DNA of 57,620 nucleotides. It comes from a virus. Its lineage: Duplodnaviria; Caudoviricetes. The stretch spans positions 1 to 57,620 of IMG/VR virus record IMGVR_UViG_3300021508_000002, one strand, 5' to 3'. Below the pieces are notes generated by a model that was given only the letters and a program-made list of their open reading frames with translations, made no database searches and was not told where the DNA came from. A program made the translations under genes and the position numbers. Positions 6,182 through 15,423 of this stretch are shown piece by piece. How positions within the stretch are numbered: position 1 is the stretch's first letter; every line of letters begins with the position of its first letter.

Positions 6182-6253
6182 ATTTTCATAGTTTAACTGG
6201 AAAAACATTGGGTTTCGACCCCAAAGATGTAGGTTCGAGTCCTACTGAAAATT
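6182..6253 (+). tRNA. tRNA-Arg(UCG)
   Basis: Acceptor ATTTTCA/TGAAAAT; anticodon arm TTGGG-TTTCGAC-CCCAA; T-arm GTAGG-TTCGAGT-CCTAC; A20 present; atypical U73. Confidence 0.82.
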
Positions 6254-6345
6254 TTATAGTATGTCTCCTATGACATTTTACCTAAAATCCTTTGATAAAC
6301 AAGTTAAATACTGTTATTTTGCAGTAAACATATAATAAAGATTAA

Positions 6346-6723
6346 ATGGAGGTTCTGAAGTATTCTAAGGTATTAAGTGGTGTTGAGTATTACATAGCAC
6401 ACTTAAATATTATAAACTCCATATTTGATGTAAAGCTATCCTCTAAGGAGATTAGTGTATTGTCTTCTTTTATGTCACAAGAGGAGTCCATAGTGCAGGG
6501 AGATAGATTCAATTCTTTTATAAGAAAGCGTGTGAGAGTAGCTCTATCTTTGTCTCCTGGTGGTTTGGGTAATTACTTAAACACTATGGTTAAGAAGGGA
6601 TTTTTAATACGTAATAGTATCACAGGGAACTTAACTATACAGAAATATCTATTTCCAAGTAGTGCGGGACAAGGATATCAATTTAAAATAATCCATAAAA
6701 GTAATGAGGATGGTGGAATATGA
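6346..6723 (+). CDS. Winged-HTH-like DNA-binding protein
   Basis: LSSKEISVL...RVALSLSPGGLGNYLNTMVKKGFLIR resembles a MarR-type wHTH. Confidence 0.55.
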   Translation: MEVLKYSKVLSGVEYYIAHLNIINSIFDVKLSSKEISVLSSFMSQEESIVQGDRFNSFIRKRVRVALSLSPGGLGNYLNTMVKKGFLIRNSITGNLTIQKYLFPSSAGQGYQFKIIHKSNEDGGI

Positions 6724-6877
6724 AAGATGCCCAAAATGTCATGGGGTGGGTAGAGATAATAAAGGATTCTCCAAAGGGTCTTTTGAGAATGGGGATTGTA
6801 TTAAGTGTTATGGAAAAGGGTATTTAGATGGAACGGAGTTATATTTCACAGAAAATGCTTCTAAAAGAATACTATAA
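6710..6877 (+). CDS. Small DnaJ-type zinc-finger protein (55 aa)
   Basis: Hand translation MVEYERCPKCHGVGRDNKGFSKGSFENGDCIKCYGKGYLDG... with two CxxCxGxG motifs. Confidence 0.7.
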   Translation: MVEYERCPKCHGVGRDNKGFSKGSFENGDCIKCYGKGYLDGTELYFTENASKRIL

Positions 6878-7295
6878 TAGTATAAAAGAAGATTATCCTA
6901 ATTTATCTTTAAAGGAATTTACTATTGCAGTAAAAACTGCCTGGGAGGATGCTAGACAAGATATGAGGAATGGTAAAGTGTCTACCTTAAAATTTAAAGG
7001 GTTTGGTACATTTAAACCAAGTTTTCGACATTTTAAAATGTATAGTAGAAGGGTGGAACTATCGCATGCGGATGGGAATATTTCAGAGGAAGATTATAAA
7101 GATTACCAAAAATTATATAAAAGATATATAGATGCTTATGGAAAAGATTTCATACATACTGAGAAATATGATCCCATATATGATGGGGTCTTACAGAAAC
7201 TTGCTAAACGAAAAGGGCTTACAGTTTCTTATGAGGGACCATATTTTGGAACAGTGGACCTTCCGGATGAAAGTGATGGACAGGGAATGCTATAA
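6828..7295 (+). CDS. HU/IHF-like DNA-binding protein
   Basis: G..STLKFKGFGTFKP motif after two helices; typical of the crAss-like late region. Confidence 0.65.
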   Translation: MERSYISQKMLLKEYYNSIKEDYPNLSLKEFTIAVKTAWEDARQDMRNGKVSTLKFKGFGTFKPSFRHFKMYSRRVELSHADGNISEEDYKDYQKLYKRYIDAYGKDFIHTEKYDPIYDGVLQKLAKRKGLTVSYEGPYFGTVDLPDESDGQGML

Positions 7296-7431
7296 TCAGG
7301 GATCTTGTAAATATTGTGGTTGTGAGGTTCCTGCATTACAATTCTCTAATAATCGTTGTGAAGGTGATTGTTATCCTCCCATAATGTCCAAATCTGAATG
7401 GTATAAGTATAAACAGGAAAATAGTATATAA
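7132..7431 (+). CDS. Cys-rich (CxxCGC) putative Zn-binding protein
   Basis: ECYNQGSCKYCGCEVP...RCEGDCYP. Confidence 0.65.
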   Translation: MLMEKISYILRNMIPYMMGSYRNLLNEKGLQFLMRDHILEQWTFRMKVMDRECYNQGSCKYCGCEVPALQFSNNRCEGDCYPPIMSKSEWYKYKQENSI

Positions 7432-7739
7432 TGGAGGTTACAAAAACGTGGTTTACATATGATTTTAAAGATGTTGGGGAAGTAATTGCCGGTAAGCAGG
7501 TATTAGTGAAATTCTATGCTAAAGAGGGAATCCCTAAAATAAAAAGTTTAGCGGCCTCTTGTGGTTGCAGTAAACCTACATATGACAAGAAAAGTGAAGA
7601 AATTAAAATTTTATATAAACCAAATCCAATCCCCACCCATTTATTATCACAAGGGTATTATACAACAAAGAAGACTGTGACAGTAGTTTTTGAGAGTGGG
7701 GAAGTAAATAAGTTAGTATTTAAATCTAAAGTAGTATGA
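7431..7739 (+). CDS. DUF1573-like Ig-fold protein
   Basis: YDFKDVG...I..L.ASCGCS.P motif. Confidence 0.65.
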   Translation: MEVTKTWFTYDFKDVGEVIAGKQVLVKFYAKEGIPKIKSLAASCGCSKPTYDKKSEEIKILYKPNPIPTHLLSQGYYTTKKTVTVVFESGEVNKLVFKSKVV

Positions 7740-8197
7740 AAAGCAAGATATCAAAACACATCTCTTTAAGAGAAGCAACATTTAGTATCACTGCCATAAG
7801 AAAGGGATATTCAAATATACCTAACAAAGAACAATTAGAAAATATGAAATATGTTGCAGAAAACATATTTGAACCTGTAAGAGAGCATTTCAACAGTCCT
7901 ATACGTGTGAGTTCCATGTTTAGGTCTTATAAAGTAAATAGGGCAATAGGTGGATCAAAATCAAGCCAGCACATGAAAGGTGAAGCTATGGACATCAACA
8001 ACAGAGATAAAAAGCCTTCAAATTCTGAAATATTCAATTACATAAAGGATAATTTAGTGTTCGACCAATTGATTTGGGAATTTGGAGATAAAGATAATCC
8101 AGCCTGGGTACATGTATCTTTAAAGGAGTGTAAGAATAGAAATCAAATATTGAAAGCATATTCTAAGAATAGGAGAACTTACTACGAAAATTATTAA
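7736..8197 (+). CDS. Peptidase M15A (D-Ala-D-Ala carboxypeptidase-like), probable endolysin
   Basis: SMFRS..VN.AIGG...SQH..GEA.D and WVHVS zinc-binding motifs. Confidence 0.9.
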   Translation: MKSKISKHISLREATFSITAIRKGYSNIPNKEQLENMKYVAENIFEPVREHFNSPIRVSSMFRSYKVNRAIGGSKSSQHMKGEAMDINNRDKKPSNSEIFNYIKDNLVFDQLIWEFGDKDNPAWVHVSLKECKNRNQILKAYSKNRRTYYENY

Positions 8198-8309
8198 CTT
8201 GTTATTATGGGAAATTTTATTTTATTTTTATTATTGATAGTAGTCACAATAGGGGTCTTCGATTATATAATGAATGATGTTGAAGATGGTATGTTTTAAC
8301 TTTAGTCTT

Positions 8310-8633
8310 ATGATAAAAAAACTATTTACTGTTATTACTCTTCTACTAATAAGTTCCTTGGTGTATTCTCAAGAGACACAAATAAAAGAGGTATTAAAGT
8401 CTGTGGACTCTGATATGGATTGGTGTCCCAAATGTTTAGAAGAATCGAGACACAGTAGGAGATATGATATTATATTAGCTAAAACATATGTGATATTAAC
8501 ATACCACATAGAAAGAGAATATCCAAATTATATACTAAGAGTGGAGGATATGTTTGGTAATAAGGTACCCATAAGTAATAAAGAGAAGGGTCAGATACGT
8601 AAAATTATTTTAACTAGATGGTATCAGGACTGA
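8310..8633 (+). CDS. Hypothetical secreted protein
   Basis: MIKKLFTVITLLLISSLVYS-Q looks like a signal peptide; start moved from 8274. Confidence 0.6.
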   Translation: MIKKLFTVITLLLISSLVYSQETQIKEVLKSVDSDMDWCPKCLEESRHSRRYDIILAKTYVILTYHIEREYPNYILRVEDMFGNKVPISNKEKGQIRKIILTRWYQD

Positions 8634-8707
8634 TAATTGTATTACTTATTTTCATTGTAAAAAGAATCCTCCACAGTGAAGAGGATTGGTTTATTTCAGA
8701 TTAATTT

Positions 8708-9280
8708 ATGGCTAGTCTATTTATAGTAGAAGATAAAGTGGTAATACCACACACGGAGACACTTTTAATATCTCCATTCAAAGAAATATGGGATAGAGAT
8801 AAAAGTAAAACCAGAGAGTTCGCAACAGAGGACTTTTGTTATATGGAGTTTATGGCTTCAATGAAAGCTAGTAACCCCTATAGGCAATATCCCGAAGACA
8901 AGAAGCATGAGATAATATCTGAGGCAGTAATAACAAGGTCTAAGTGGGTGCCCGATGAATTAATAATAGAGGGAATCCTCAAAATACAAATGTTTCAAAA
9001 AGAAGCCTCCACTACATATTCTTATTACATGGCTGCTAAACAAGCTGTAGATAATATGCAAGAATTCTTTGAAACTGTAGATTTAAATGAGAGGAATGGA
9101 AAAACTGGAACACCAATATACAAACCTAGAGACTTAACCTCTGCTTTAAATGACACTGGAAAAGTGTTGGCTAATCTAAAAGCATTGGAGAAGAAGGTTG
9201 AGGAAGAATTGTACGAAAGTGCCAAAAAACGGTCAGATAAGGAAATTAGTCCTTTTGCAGAACCCTCTAGTTTGAAGTGA
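8708..9280 (+). CDS. Phage protein upstream of terminase (possible small terminase subunit)
   Basis: Helical protein with a C-terminal coiled coil, near TerL. Function inferred from position only. Confidence 0.5.
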   Translation: MASLFIVEDKVVIPHTETLLISPFKEIWDRDKSKTREFATEDFCYMEFMASMKASNPYRQYPEDKKHEIISEAVITRSKWVPDELIIEGILKIQMFQKEASTTYSYYMAAKQAVDNMQEFFETVDLNERNGKTGTPIYKPRDLTSALNDTGKVLANLKALEKKVEEELYESAKKRSDKEISPFAEPSSLK

Positions 9281-9525
9281 TGGGGAGACAAATATTTGTA
9301 TGTGAGTGTCATTCCCTAGAACACCAAGTGGTTTTTTGGTATGACCAAGAAGAGGGCTCCCTATATTGTGAGCCTCATTTGACAACCAATAGAAATTTCA
9401 TAGAGAGATTCTGGTATGGTGTGAAGTATGCTTTGGGGTACAAAAGTAGATTTGGGGATTGGGACAGTACTATATTTCAAAAGGGAGACTTGGAAAAACT
9501 AAAAAAACATTTGAACTCTATTTAA
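9277..9525 (+). CDS. Hypothetical protein
   Basis: ORF track; overlaps the upstream stop; CECH motif. Confidence 0.65.
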   Translation: MMGRQIFVCECHSLEHQVVFWYDQEEGSLYCEPHLTTNRNFIERFWYGVKYALGYKSRFGDWDSTIFQKGDLEKLKKHLNSI

Positions 9526-9528
9526 GGT

Positions 9529-12500
9529 TTGGCAAAGAAAGTAGTAAAAGAGAAGAAACCGAGAAAGAAACGTATTGCACCTCTGAGGGGTTCTAACGGT
9601 GTTTGGTTGAACACCAAACCATTCAAAGAAGTTGGTGAGTATTTCATGAAGCATGGATACTATATTGCAGACCCTTGGGGATCTCCTGCATGGTATGATT
9701 TCTGGAAAAGGGAGCGAGATAGGTGTATGAATGGATATGCTATTTCTAAATATAAGATTACAGGAGATTACTATTTCTATCTCAACTATTGCCCTATACA
9801 GAAAGTAGACATAGAAAATGCTGTAGGTAAAAGAGCAAGTAAGATAAAGGGGTTTCCGGATTTTTGGGATGGGGACTATGAATACTTCTGGTTTAGAGAA
9901 ATAGCAAGAAATGGTATTTTAGAAGCCTTAAATGTACCATTAACAAAACAACAAGTTGTATATAATCTTCCTGAAGAAGAGAAGATTGAAATATATAAAA
10001 AACACTTAGATAGTTTGGGTCTAAAAATGAAGCCTGTACTTTCTAGTGTAAATTTAGAAGGTGGTAAAGATTTGATACTGGGGAAAGCTCGGCGTCGTGG
10101 CTTTAGTTATAAAAACAGTGCTGTTGTAGTCAACAATTATTTCACTAGACCAAACAAGTACAACCTTTTAATGGCTTATGAAAAAAAGTATTTGTACCCT
10201 GGCATAAAAACCATATTCGGAAAATGTCAATCTTATATAAACTTTATAAATGAATATACAGGGTGGCTAATGCCCTCTGATGTTATTGATAAACAAAGTC
10301 ACATAAAAGCATCTTACATAGAGTATAAGAATGGTAAGAAAATAGAGAAAGGGTTTCTTTCTGAAATAGAAGCTATTTCTTTTAAAGATAATCCTGATGC
10401 AGGTAGGGGGGCAGATACTTATGAAACAATTGGTGAAGAGGTTGGTGCTTGGGGAGTTCCAGGGGGGTTAAAAGCTACCATAGCTGCTATGCGGTCTTCT
10501 TCGGAAGCTGGTGGATTTAAAACAGGTATGATGACCCTCTTCGGATGTGTGTGTAAAGGTACTAAAGTTTATTTGCCTAATGGGGCTATTTGTAACATAG
10601 AGGATGTGCATGAATCTGTAGGTATAATAGGTTACACAGGGGGGGGTGTTATTTCTGAAAGGATTATTAATATAAATCCTATTATTAAAAAAGAATGCTA
10701 TAGAATAGAAACCACTAATGGAGATTTTATAGAGTGCAGTAATGACCACCCACTACTTTGGAGTTCTCCTAAATACAAAAAACCCGGGAAAGATGGGAAG
10801 AAAGTTACCTTTAAGAAAGCAGAAGACATACTTGTTGGAGACCAACTTATGTTACTTAGGCAAATACCTGTTTTTGGGAAAAAGAAAATGCCTTACGCAA
10901 GACTTATTGGTTTATTAATAGGTGATGGCTACTATGGCTCTATCAATGGTAGGACATCCACACCACAATTAGCCATTAATAATGAAGGTGTATTTGATTA
11001 TGTTAAATCAACCGGGTTGTTTTATAAAGTGTACAAAAACAAAGGTTCTTTCAATTACATAGGAATACACTCTTTCCAGGGCATATTGAAGGTCTTACAA
11101 ATAGATGGGCAAAGCAAGAAACAAAAAAGACTACCCAAAAAATTGTATGAATATGATTTACAGTCTATTGCAGATCTTTTGGGTGGATACTACGATGCTG
11201 TTGGGAATGTTAATTTAACAAAAAAGAAAAATAATAATGTTTCTATTGCTATAAGATTAACCTCCGTTGTGAGACCTTTACTTGAAGAAGTTCAAGAAGC
11301 ATTGAGGAGATTTGGGGTATTGTCTAGTATAATTAAAAGAAGACATAAGCCAGGGACTCTTCTTAAAAGTAGTATAACAGGTAATACTTCTGTCATAAAT
11401 ACGTTAATTTCATACTCTTTGGAAATAACAGATAGGGAATCTTTAAGGTCTTTCCAGAAACATATATCTTTCACCGATAGCTTAAAAAAGGAGAGATTAA
11501 AAAACTATTGTACAGATAGAAGTGATAATGAGCGTCAACTCAATAATTTTACATATGAAAAAACAGTAAAGGGTGAGTACTTTACAGACAAAAAACTAGA
11601 TGGGTTAACTTCAAGAAAGGTCTTAAATACAATAAAACTGGGGGAAAGAGATGTGTATAATTTAGGTACAGAAGAAACACACACTTATATCACCAATAAT
11701 TTTGTATCTCACAATACCTCTGGAAGTTTGGAAAAAGGTACTGCTGATTTTGCAGATTTATTCAACAGACCAGGTGCGAATAACTTCATGGAATTCTACG
11801 ATATTTGGGGAGAGCACCCTGAAAAAGTAGAGGGTTTCTTTTTTCCCAAACAGCTTAATACAGAAGGGTTTTATGACAAGAATGGTAACTCTGATTTTCA
11901 AGGGGCAGAGAACCAGGAAATGGGTGTTCGAAAGTCTTTAATAGAAAAGGGGGCAACTTCTACTGAGATTTTAAAAAGAATGCAGGAAGAGCCATTAAAT
12001 TCGGCAGAGGCCTTTTCAATGGTATCCCAAAATAATTTCCCTGTTGTAGAGATTAGACAACAACTAAATAAGTTAATAGCTAAGGGTTGGCAAAACACTA
12101 AAGGTACACCGGTAAAATTACACTATGTAGATGGTAAAATTACTGCAACACCAATCTTGAATGGGAAAGTTGAGCCCATAACATCTTTAAGAAATCTGCC
12201 ATTTGACTTAAGTGGTTGTCCTGTGATATATGAGGCTCCTATAAGTAAACCACCAAGAGGGTTGTACAAAATGGGATATGATCCTGTAAGACAAGACACT
12301 GGAACTTCTTTAGCAGCTATTGTGGTATATAAGTCTTTTCATGCAGGGTCTGTATACCACAGTACAATAGTGGCAGAGTATATAGGTAGGTATAAGACAC
12401 CAGAAGATATAGACAGAACAGCGGAGATGTTTGCAGATTTATTCAATACAACTATTATGTATGAGAATGAGGTGACAGGTACAAAGAATTACTTTCGCAG

Positions 12501-12891
12501 AATAAAGAGGTTGCACTTATTGGCTGTACAACCTGATGCGGTGATAAGTAAAAATGTGAAAACATCTCGTGTTGCTAGGGTTTATGGGTGTCATATGAAT
12601 GAGCAATTAAAAGATGCAGGAGAGAGGTATGTGAAAGAGTGGCTATTGACAGTTTTGGATCATGATGAGAATGGAAACAAGATACTGGTAATAGATAGGA
12701 TATATTCTAGGAGATTATTAGAGGAATTAATAAACTATACGAGAAAGGGTAACTATGATTTAATATCTTCTTTGTTTATGTGCATGTTTCAAGTTCAGGA
12801 AGAACAACTTGGTAAAGTGTATGGAGATGGTGAAGAAAATAAAAATGCCAAAAAATTACTAAATATGATTGAAAGGATGTATAGAAAATAG
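9529..12891 (+). CDS. terL: Terminase large subunit with intein
   Basis: Walker A-like GKARRRGFSY, Walker B TIGEEVG, coupling motif FG|TSG, nuclease motifs GYDPV and YENE..GNYD; directly upstream of the portal. Confidence 0.93.
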   Translation: MAKKVVKEKKPRKKRIAPLRGSNGVWLNTKPFKEVGEYFMKHGYYIADPWGSPAWYDFWKRERDRCMNGYAISKYKITGDYYFYLNYCPIQKVDIENAVGKRASKIKGFPDFWDGDYEYFWFREIARNGILEALNVPLTKQQVVYNLPEEEKIEIYKKHLDSLGLKMKPVLSSVNLEGGKDLILGKARRRGFSYKNSAVVVNNYFTRPNKYNLLMAYEKKYLYPGIKTIFGKCQSYINFINEYTGWLMPSDVIDKQSHIKASYIEYKNGKKIEKGFLSEIEAISFKDNPDAGRGADTYETIGEEVGAWGVPGGLKATIAAMRSSSEAGGFKTGMMTLFGCVCKGTKVYLPNGAICNIEDVHESVGIIGYTGGGVISERIININPIIKKECYRIETTNGDFIECSNDHPLLWSSPKYKKPGKDGKKVTFKKAEDILVGDQLMLLRQIPVFGKKKMPYARLIGLLIGDGYYGSINGRTSTPQLAINNEGVFDYVKSTGLFYKVYKNKGSFNYIGIHSFQGILKVLQIDGQSKKQKRLPKKLYEYDLQSIADLLGGYYDAVGNVNLTKKKNNNVSIAIRLTSVVRPLLEEVQEALRRFGVLSSIIKRRHKPGTLLKSSITGNTSVINTLISYSLEITDRESLRSFQKHISFTDSLKKERLKNYCTDRSDNERQLNNFTYEKTVKGEYFTDKKLDGLTSRKVLNTIKLGERDVYNLGTEETHTYITNNFVSHNTSGSLEKGTADFADLFNRPGANNFMEFYDIWGEHPEKVEGFFFPKQLNTEGFYDKNGNSDFQGAENQEMGVRKSLIEKGATSTEILKRMQEEPLNSAEAFSMVSQNNFPVVEIRQQLNKLIAKGWQNTKGTPVKLHYVDGKITATPILNGKVEPITSLRNLPFDLSGCPVIYEAPISKPPRGLYKMGYDPVRQDTGTSLAAIVVYKSFHAGSVYHSTIVAEYIGRYKTPEDIDRTAEMFADLFNTTIMYENEVTGTKNYFRRIKRLHLLAVQPDAVISKNVKTSRVARVYGCHMNEQLKDAGERYVKEWLLTVLDHDENGNKILVIDRIYSRRLLEELINYTRKGNYDLISSLFMCMFQVQEEQLGKVYGDGEENKNAKKLLNMIERMYRK
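10546..11715 (+). mobile_element. Intein (390 aa) with LAGLIDADG homing endonuclease
   Basis: C1 (CVCKGTKV), block B (IECSNDHPL), LIGLLIGDG and LLGGYYDAVG motifs, block F/G (VYNL...HTYITNNFVSHN), followed by Thr+1. Confidence 0.93.
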
Positions 12892-12893
12892 GC

Positions 12894-12901
12894 TATCTTT
12901 G
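12894..12901 (+). promoter_or_regulatory. Bacteroidota -7 box before portal
   Basis: TATCTTTG. Equivalent intergenic boxes at 15409, 18109, 20932, 33394, 33787, 37042 and 45724. Confidence 0.65.
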
Positions 12902-12924
12902 CAGGTAGCATATAACTCACTCAA

Positions 12925-15342
12925 ATGAACGACAGAAAAGTAAAACAGAATCAGAGGCTTACCACTAAGGAAAAGAATGCAAAAAATAAACAGTGGTACA
13001 AGGATCAGGCAGATATGCTTGATGACTATCATGGTAATCTGAGATCTAGTGCTATCTCTAATAACACAGATGACATTTCTGAGTATAGACGAATGAAGAT
13101 AAATTATGATCTATACAACAATATCTTAAATCTTTCAGATTTTAAATATGTCTGCAAACCTTTTGGAGAGGAGGGTGGTGAGCTCCCTGCTAAGATGGTT
13201 AATAGGGATATAGTGTCTGGTAAAATAAAAGCTGTCTTGGGGATGGAAATGAAAAGGCCATTCTCTTGGAAAGTCATAGCAACAAACAAAGAAGCTACGA
13301 CAAGAATTGAAAAAGAAGAGTTTTCTAAAATAAGAGACTTTGTAATATCTTCTGTAATGAATCCAATTCAGGAGAAGATTAATACGCAGGCAGAGCAAGA
13401 GAATAAAGGTAGAGAACTATCACCAGATGAACAAGCACAAATACAACAAAAAGTAGAAGAAGATTATAAAGCTGCTACACCAGAGGAGGTTAAGCGATAT
13501 ATGAAAAGAGATCATCAAGATCCGGCAGAAGTCCTATCTCACCAATTGCTGAATTATCTCATAGAGAAAATAAACCTTAAAAGAAAATTCAATGATGGGT
13601 TTAAACATATGCACTTGTCAGCCAAGGAGATTTTTTATGTGGGAACATTTAATGGGGAGCCAGAGGTTTGGAATGTTAATCCACTAAGGTTTAATTGTGA
13701 TATCTCCCCTGATACTCAATTTATAGAGGATGGTGAGTGGGCCACTTGTGAGTATAGAATGACCCCTTCAGAAGTCATACAATATTTTAACTCAGAACTA
13801 TCACAAAGTGAAATAGATAAAATATACACAGATTATGCAAAATATGAAAATCTCAGAGTAGAAGATCGGATATTTTCATTTACAGAAATAGATGAAGAAG
13901 ATACAAGTAACACTGTACGGGTTCTACACTGTACTTGGAAGTCTTTAAGAAAATTGAAGTTTTTAGAGTATATAGGAGAAGATGGAGAAACAGCTTCTAT
14001 GATAGTAGATGAAACTTACAAGTTAGATAGAGAGTCGGGAGACATCTCTACAGAAGAAGTTTGGATACCTGAAGTGTATGAGGCTTGGAAAATAGGGAAT
14101 GATATTTACAAAAATATGCAACCTATTCCCGGTCAGTTTAAAGACTTAGATAATCTATATTATTGTAAGCTTCCTTATTATGGTGCCATATGTGACAATA
14201 TGAACTCTATTGCTACAGGGATCATGGACAGGTTAAAAGTGTATCAATACTATTATAATATTGTGATGTATAGAGTGGAACTTCTCTTAGCTTCAGACGA
14301 GGGTAAAAAAGTCCTAATGAATATTAATGCTATACCAGATAGTGCAGGAATAGATATAGAGAAGTGGACCTATTTTATGAAATCCTCATCTATCATGTGG
14401 TACGATCCAAATGAAGAAGGCTCATCTTATCAAGATGTGAATACAGTAGCAAAAACAATAGATTTATCTCTTGCCTCTGATATTGGAAGGTACATAGAGT
14501 TAGCTGAGTATTTAAAAAAACAAGCGGGAATTTCTGTGGGTATTACAGAAGCTATTGAAGGACAAATAGGAACCAATGAGTCTGTAGGTAATTCACAAGC
14601 CAATTTAATAAACTCTTCTCACATATTAGAACCCTATTTTGAATTGCATAATAATGTAAAGAGAAATGTGTTACAAGCATTATTAGAGACTGCTAAAGTG
14701 GCTTATGCAAATTCTAAACCTAGAAAACTGAACTATGTATTAGATGACATGTCTAGGGAAATAATAGATTTAGATCCTGTACTGCTAGATAATTCTACAC
14801 TGGGAATATTTGTATCGAATTCTTCTAAAGCTGATCAATCTATGCAAACTATACAACAACTTGCTCATGCAGCAATGCAAAATCAAAGAGTGGAATTGTC
14901 TGATGTTATTACTGTATTGAGACAAGAGGGATTAGTGGAAGCGGAAGAAGTGTTAAAGGTTGCTGAAGACAATAGAAGAGAGCAAGAAGGTGCAGCGCAA
15001 AAAGCACAACAAGAGGCTATAGCCGAAGAAGAAAAGAAGAAGAGGGAGTTTAGAAAGACAGAACATGAAATGGAGAAAGAGACTATCATATTAAAAGAGG
15101 AAGAGAAGAGAAAGACAGAGGTTATAAAAGGGTCCTTAATGGCAGCCTCCTTTAATGCAGATCAAGATGTTGATAATGATGGTGTAAATGACTTTGTTGA
15201 AATAGCAAGAGATGGGTTGAATGCTGACATTAAGAGAGAAAAGAATCAATTGGATAGGGAGAAGTTTGAGCATCAAAAGAAAGTAGATACTGAAAAAATA
15301 AAAATAGAGAAGGTAAAAATAAAGAAAGATAAGAATAATTAG
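12925..15342 (+). CDS. Portal protein
   Basis: 805 aa between TerL and the capsid genes, coiled-coil C-terminus; crAss-like synteny and size. Confidence 0.88.
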   Translation: MNDRKVKQNQRLTTKEKNAKNKQWYKDQADMLDDYHGNLRSSAISNNTDDISEYRRMKINYDLYNNILNLSDFKYVCKPFGEEGGELPAKMVNRDIVSGKIKAVLGMEMKRPFSWKVIATNKEATTRIEKEEFSKIRDFVISSVMNPIQEKINTQAEQENKGRELSPDEQAQIQQKVEEDYKAATPEEVKRYMKRDHQDPAEVLSHQLLNYLIEKINLKRKFNDGFKHMHLSAKEIFYVGTFNGEPEVWNVNPLRFNCDISPDTQFIEDGEWATCEYRMTPSEVIQYFNSELSQSEIDKIYTDYAKYENLRVEDRIFSFTEIDEEDTSNTVRVLHCTWKSLRKLKFLEYIGEDGETASMIVDETYKLDRESGDISTEEVWIPEVYEAWKIGNDIYKNMQPIPGQFKDLDNLYYCKLPYYGAICDNMNSIATGIMDRLKVYQYYYNIVMYRVELLLASDEGKKVLMNINAIPDSAGIDIEKWTYFMKSSSIMWYDPNEEGSSYQDVNTVAKTIDLSLASDIGRYIELAEYLKKQAGISVGITEAIEGQIGTNESVGNSQANLINSSHILEPYFELHNNVKRNVLQALLETAKVAYANSKPRKLNYVLDDMSREIIDLDPVLLDNSTLGIFVSNSSKADQSMQTIQQLAHAAMQNQRVELSDVITVLRQEGLVEAEEVLKVAEDNRREQEGAAQKAQQEAIAEEEKKKREFRKTEHEMEKETIILKEEEKRKTEVIKGSLMAASFNADQDVDNDGVNDFVEIARDGLNADIKREKNQLDREKFEHQKKVDTEKIKIEKVKIKKDKNN

Positions 15343-15423
15343 GTAAAAGGTTATTAGGACAACCTTCCTATTAATGTATATAAGCTATTAATAAATAATT
15401 TTTAACATTAAATTTGTAATTAA

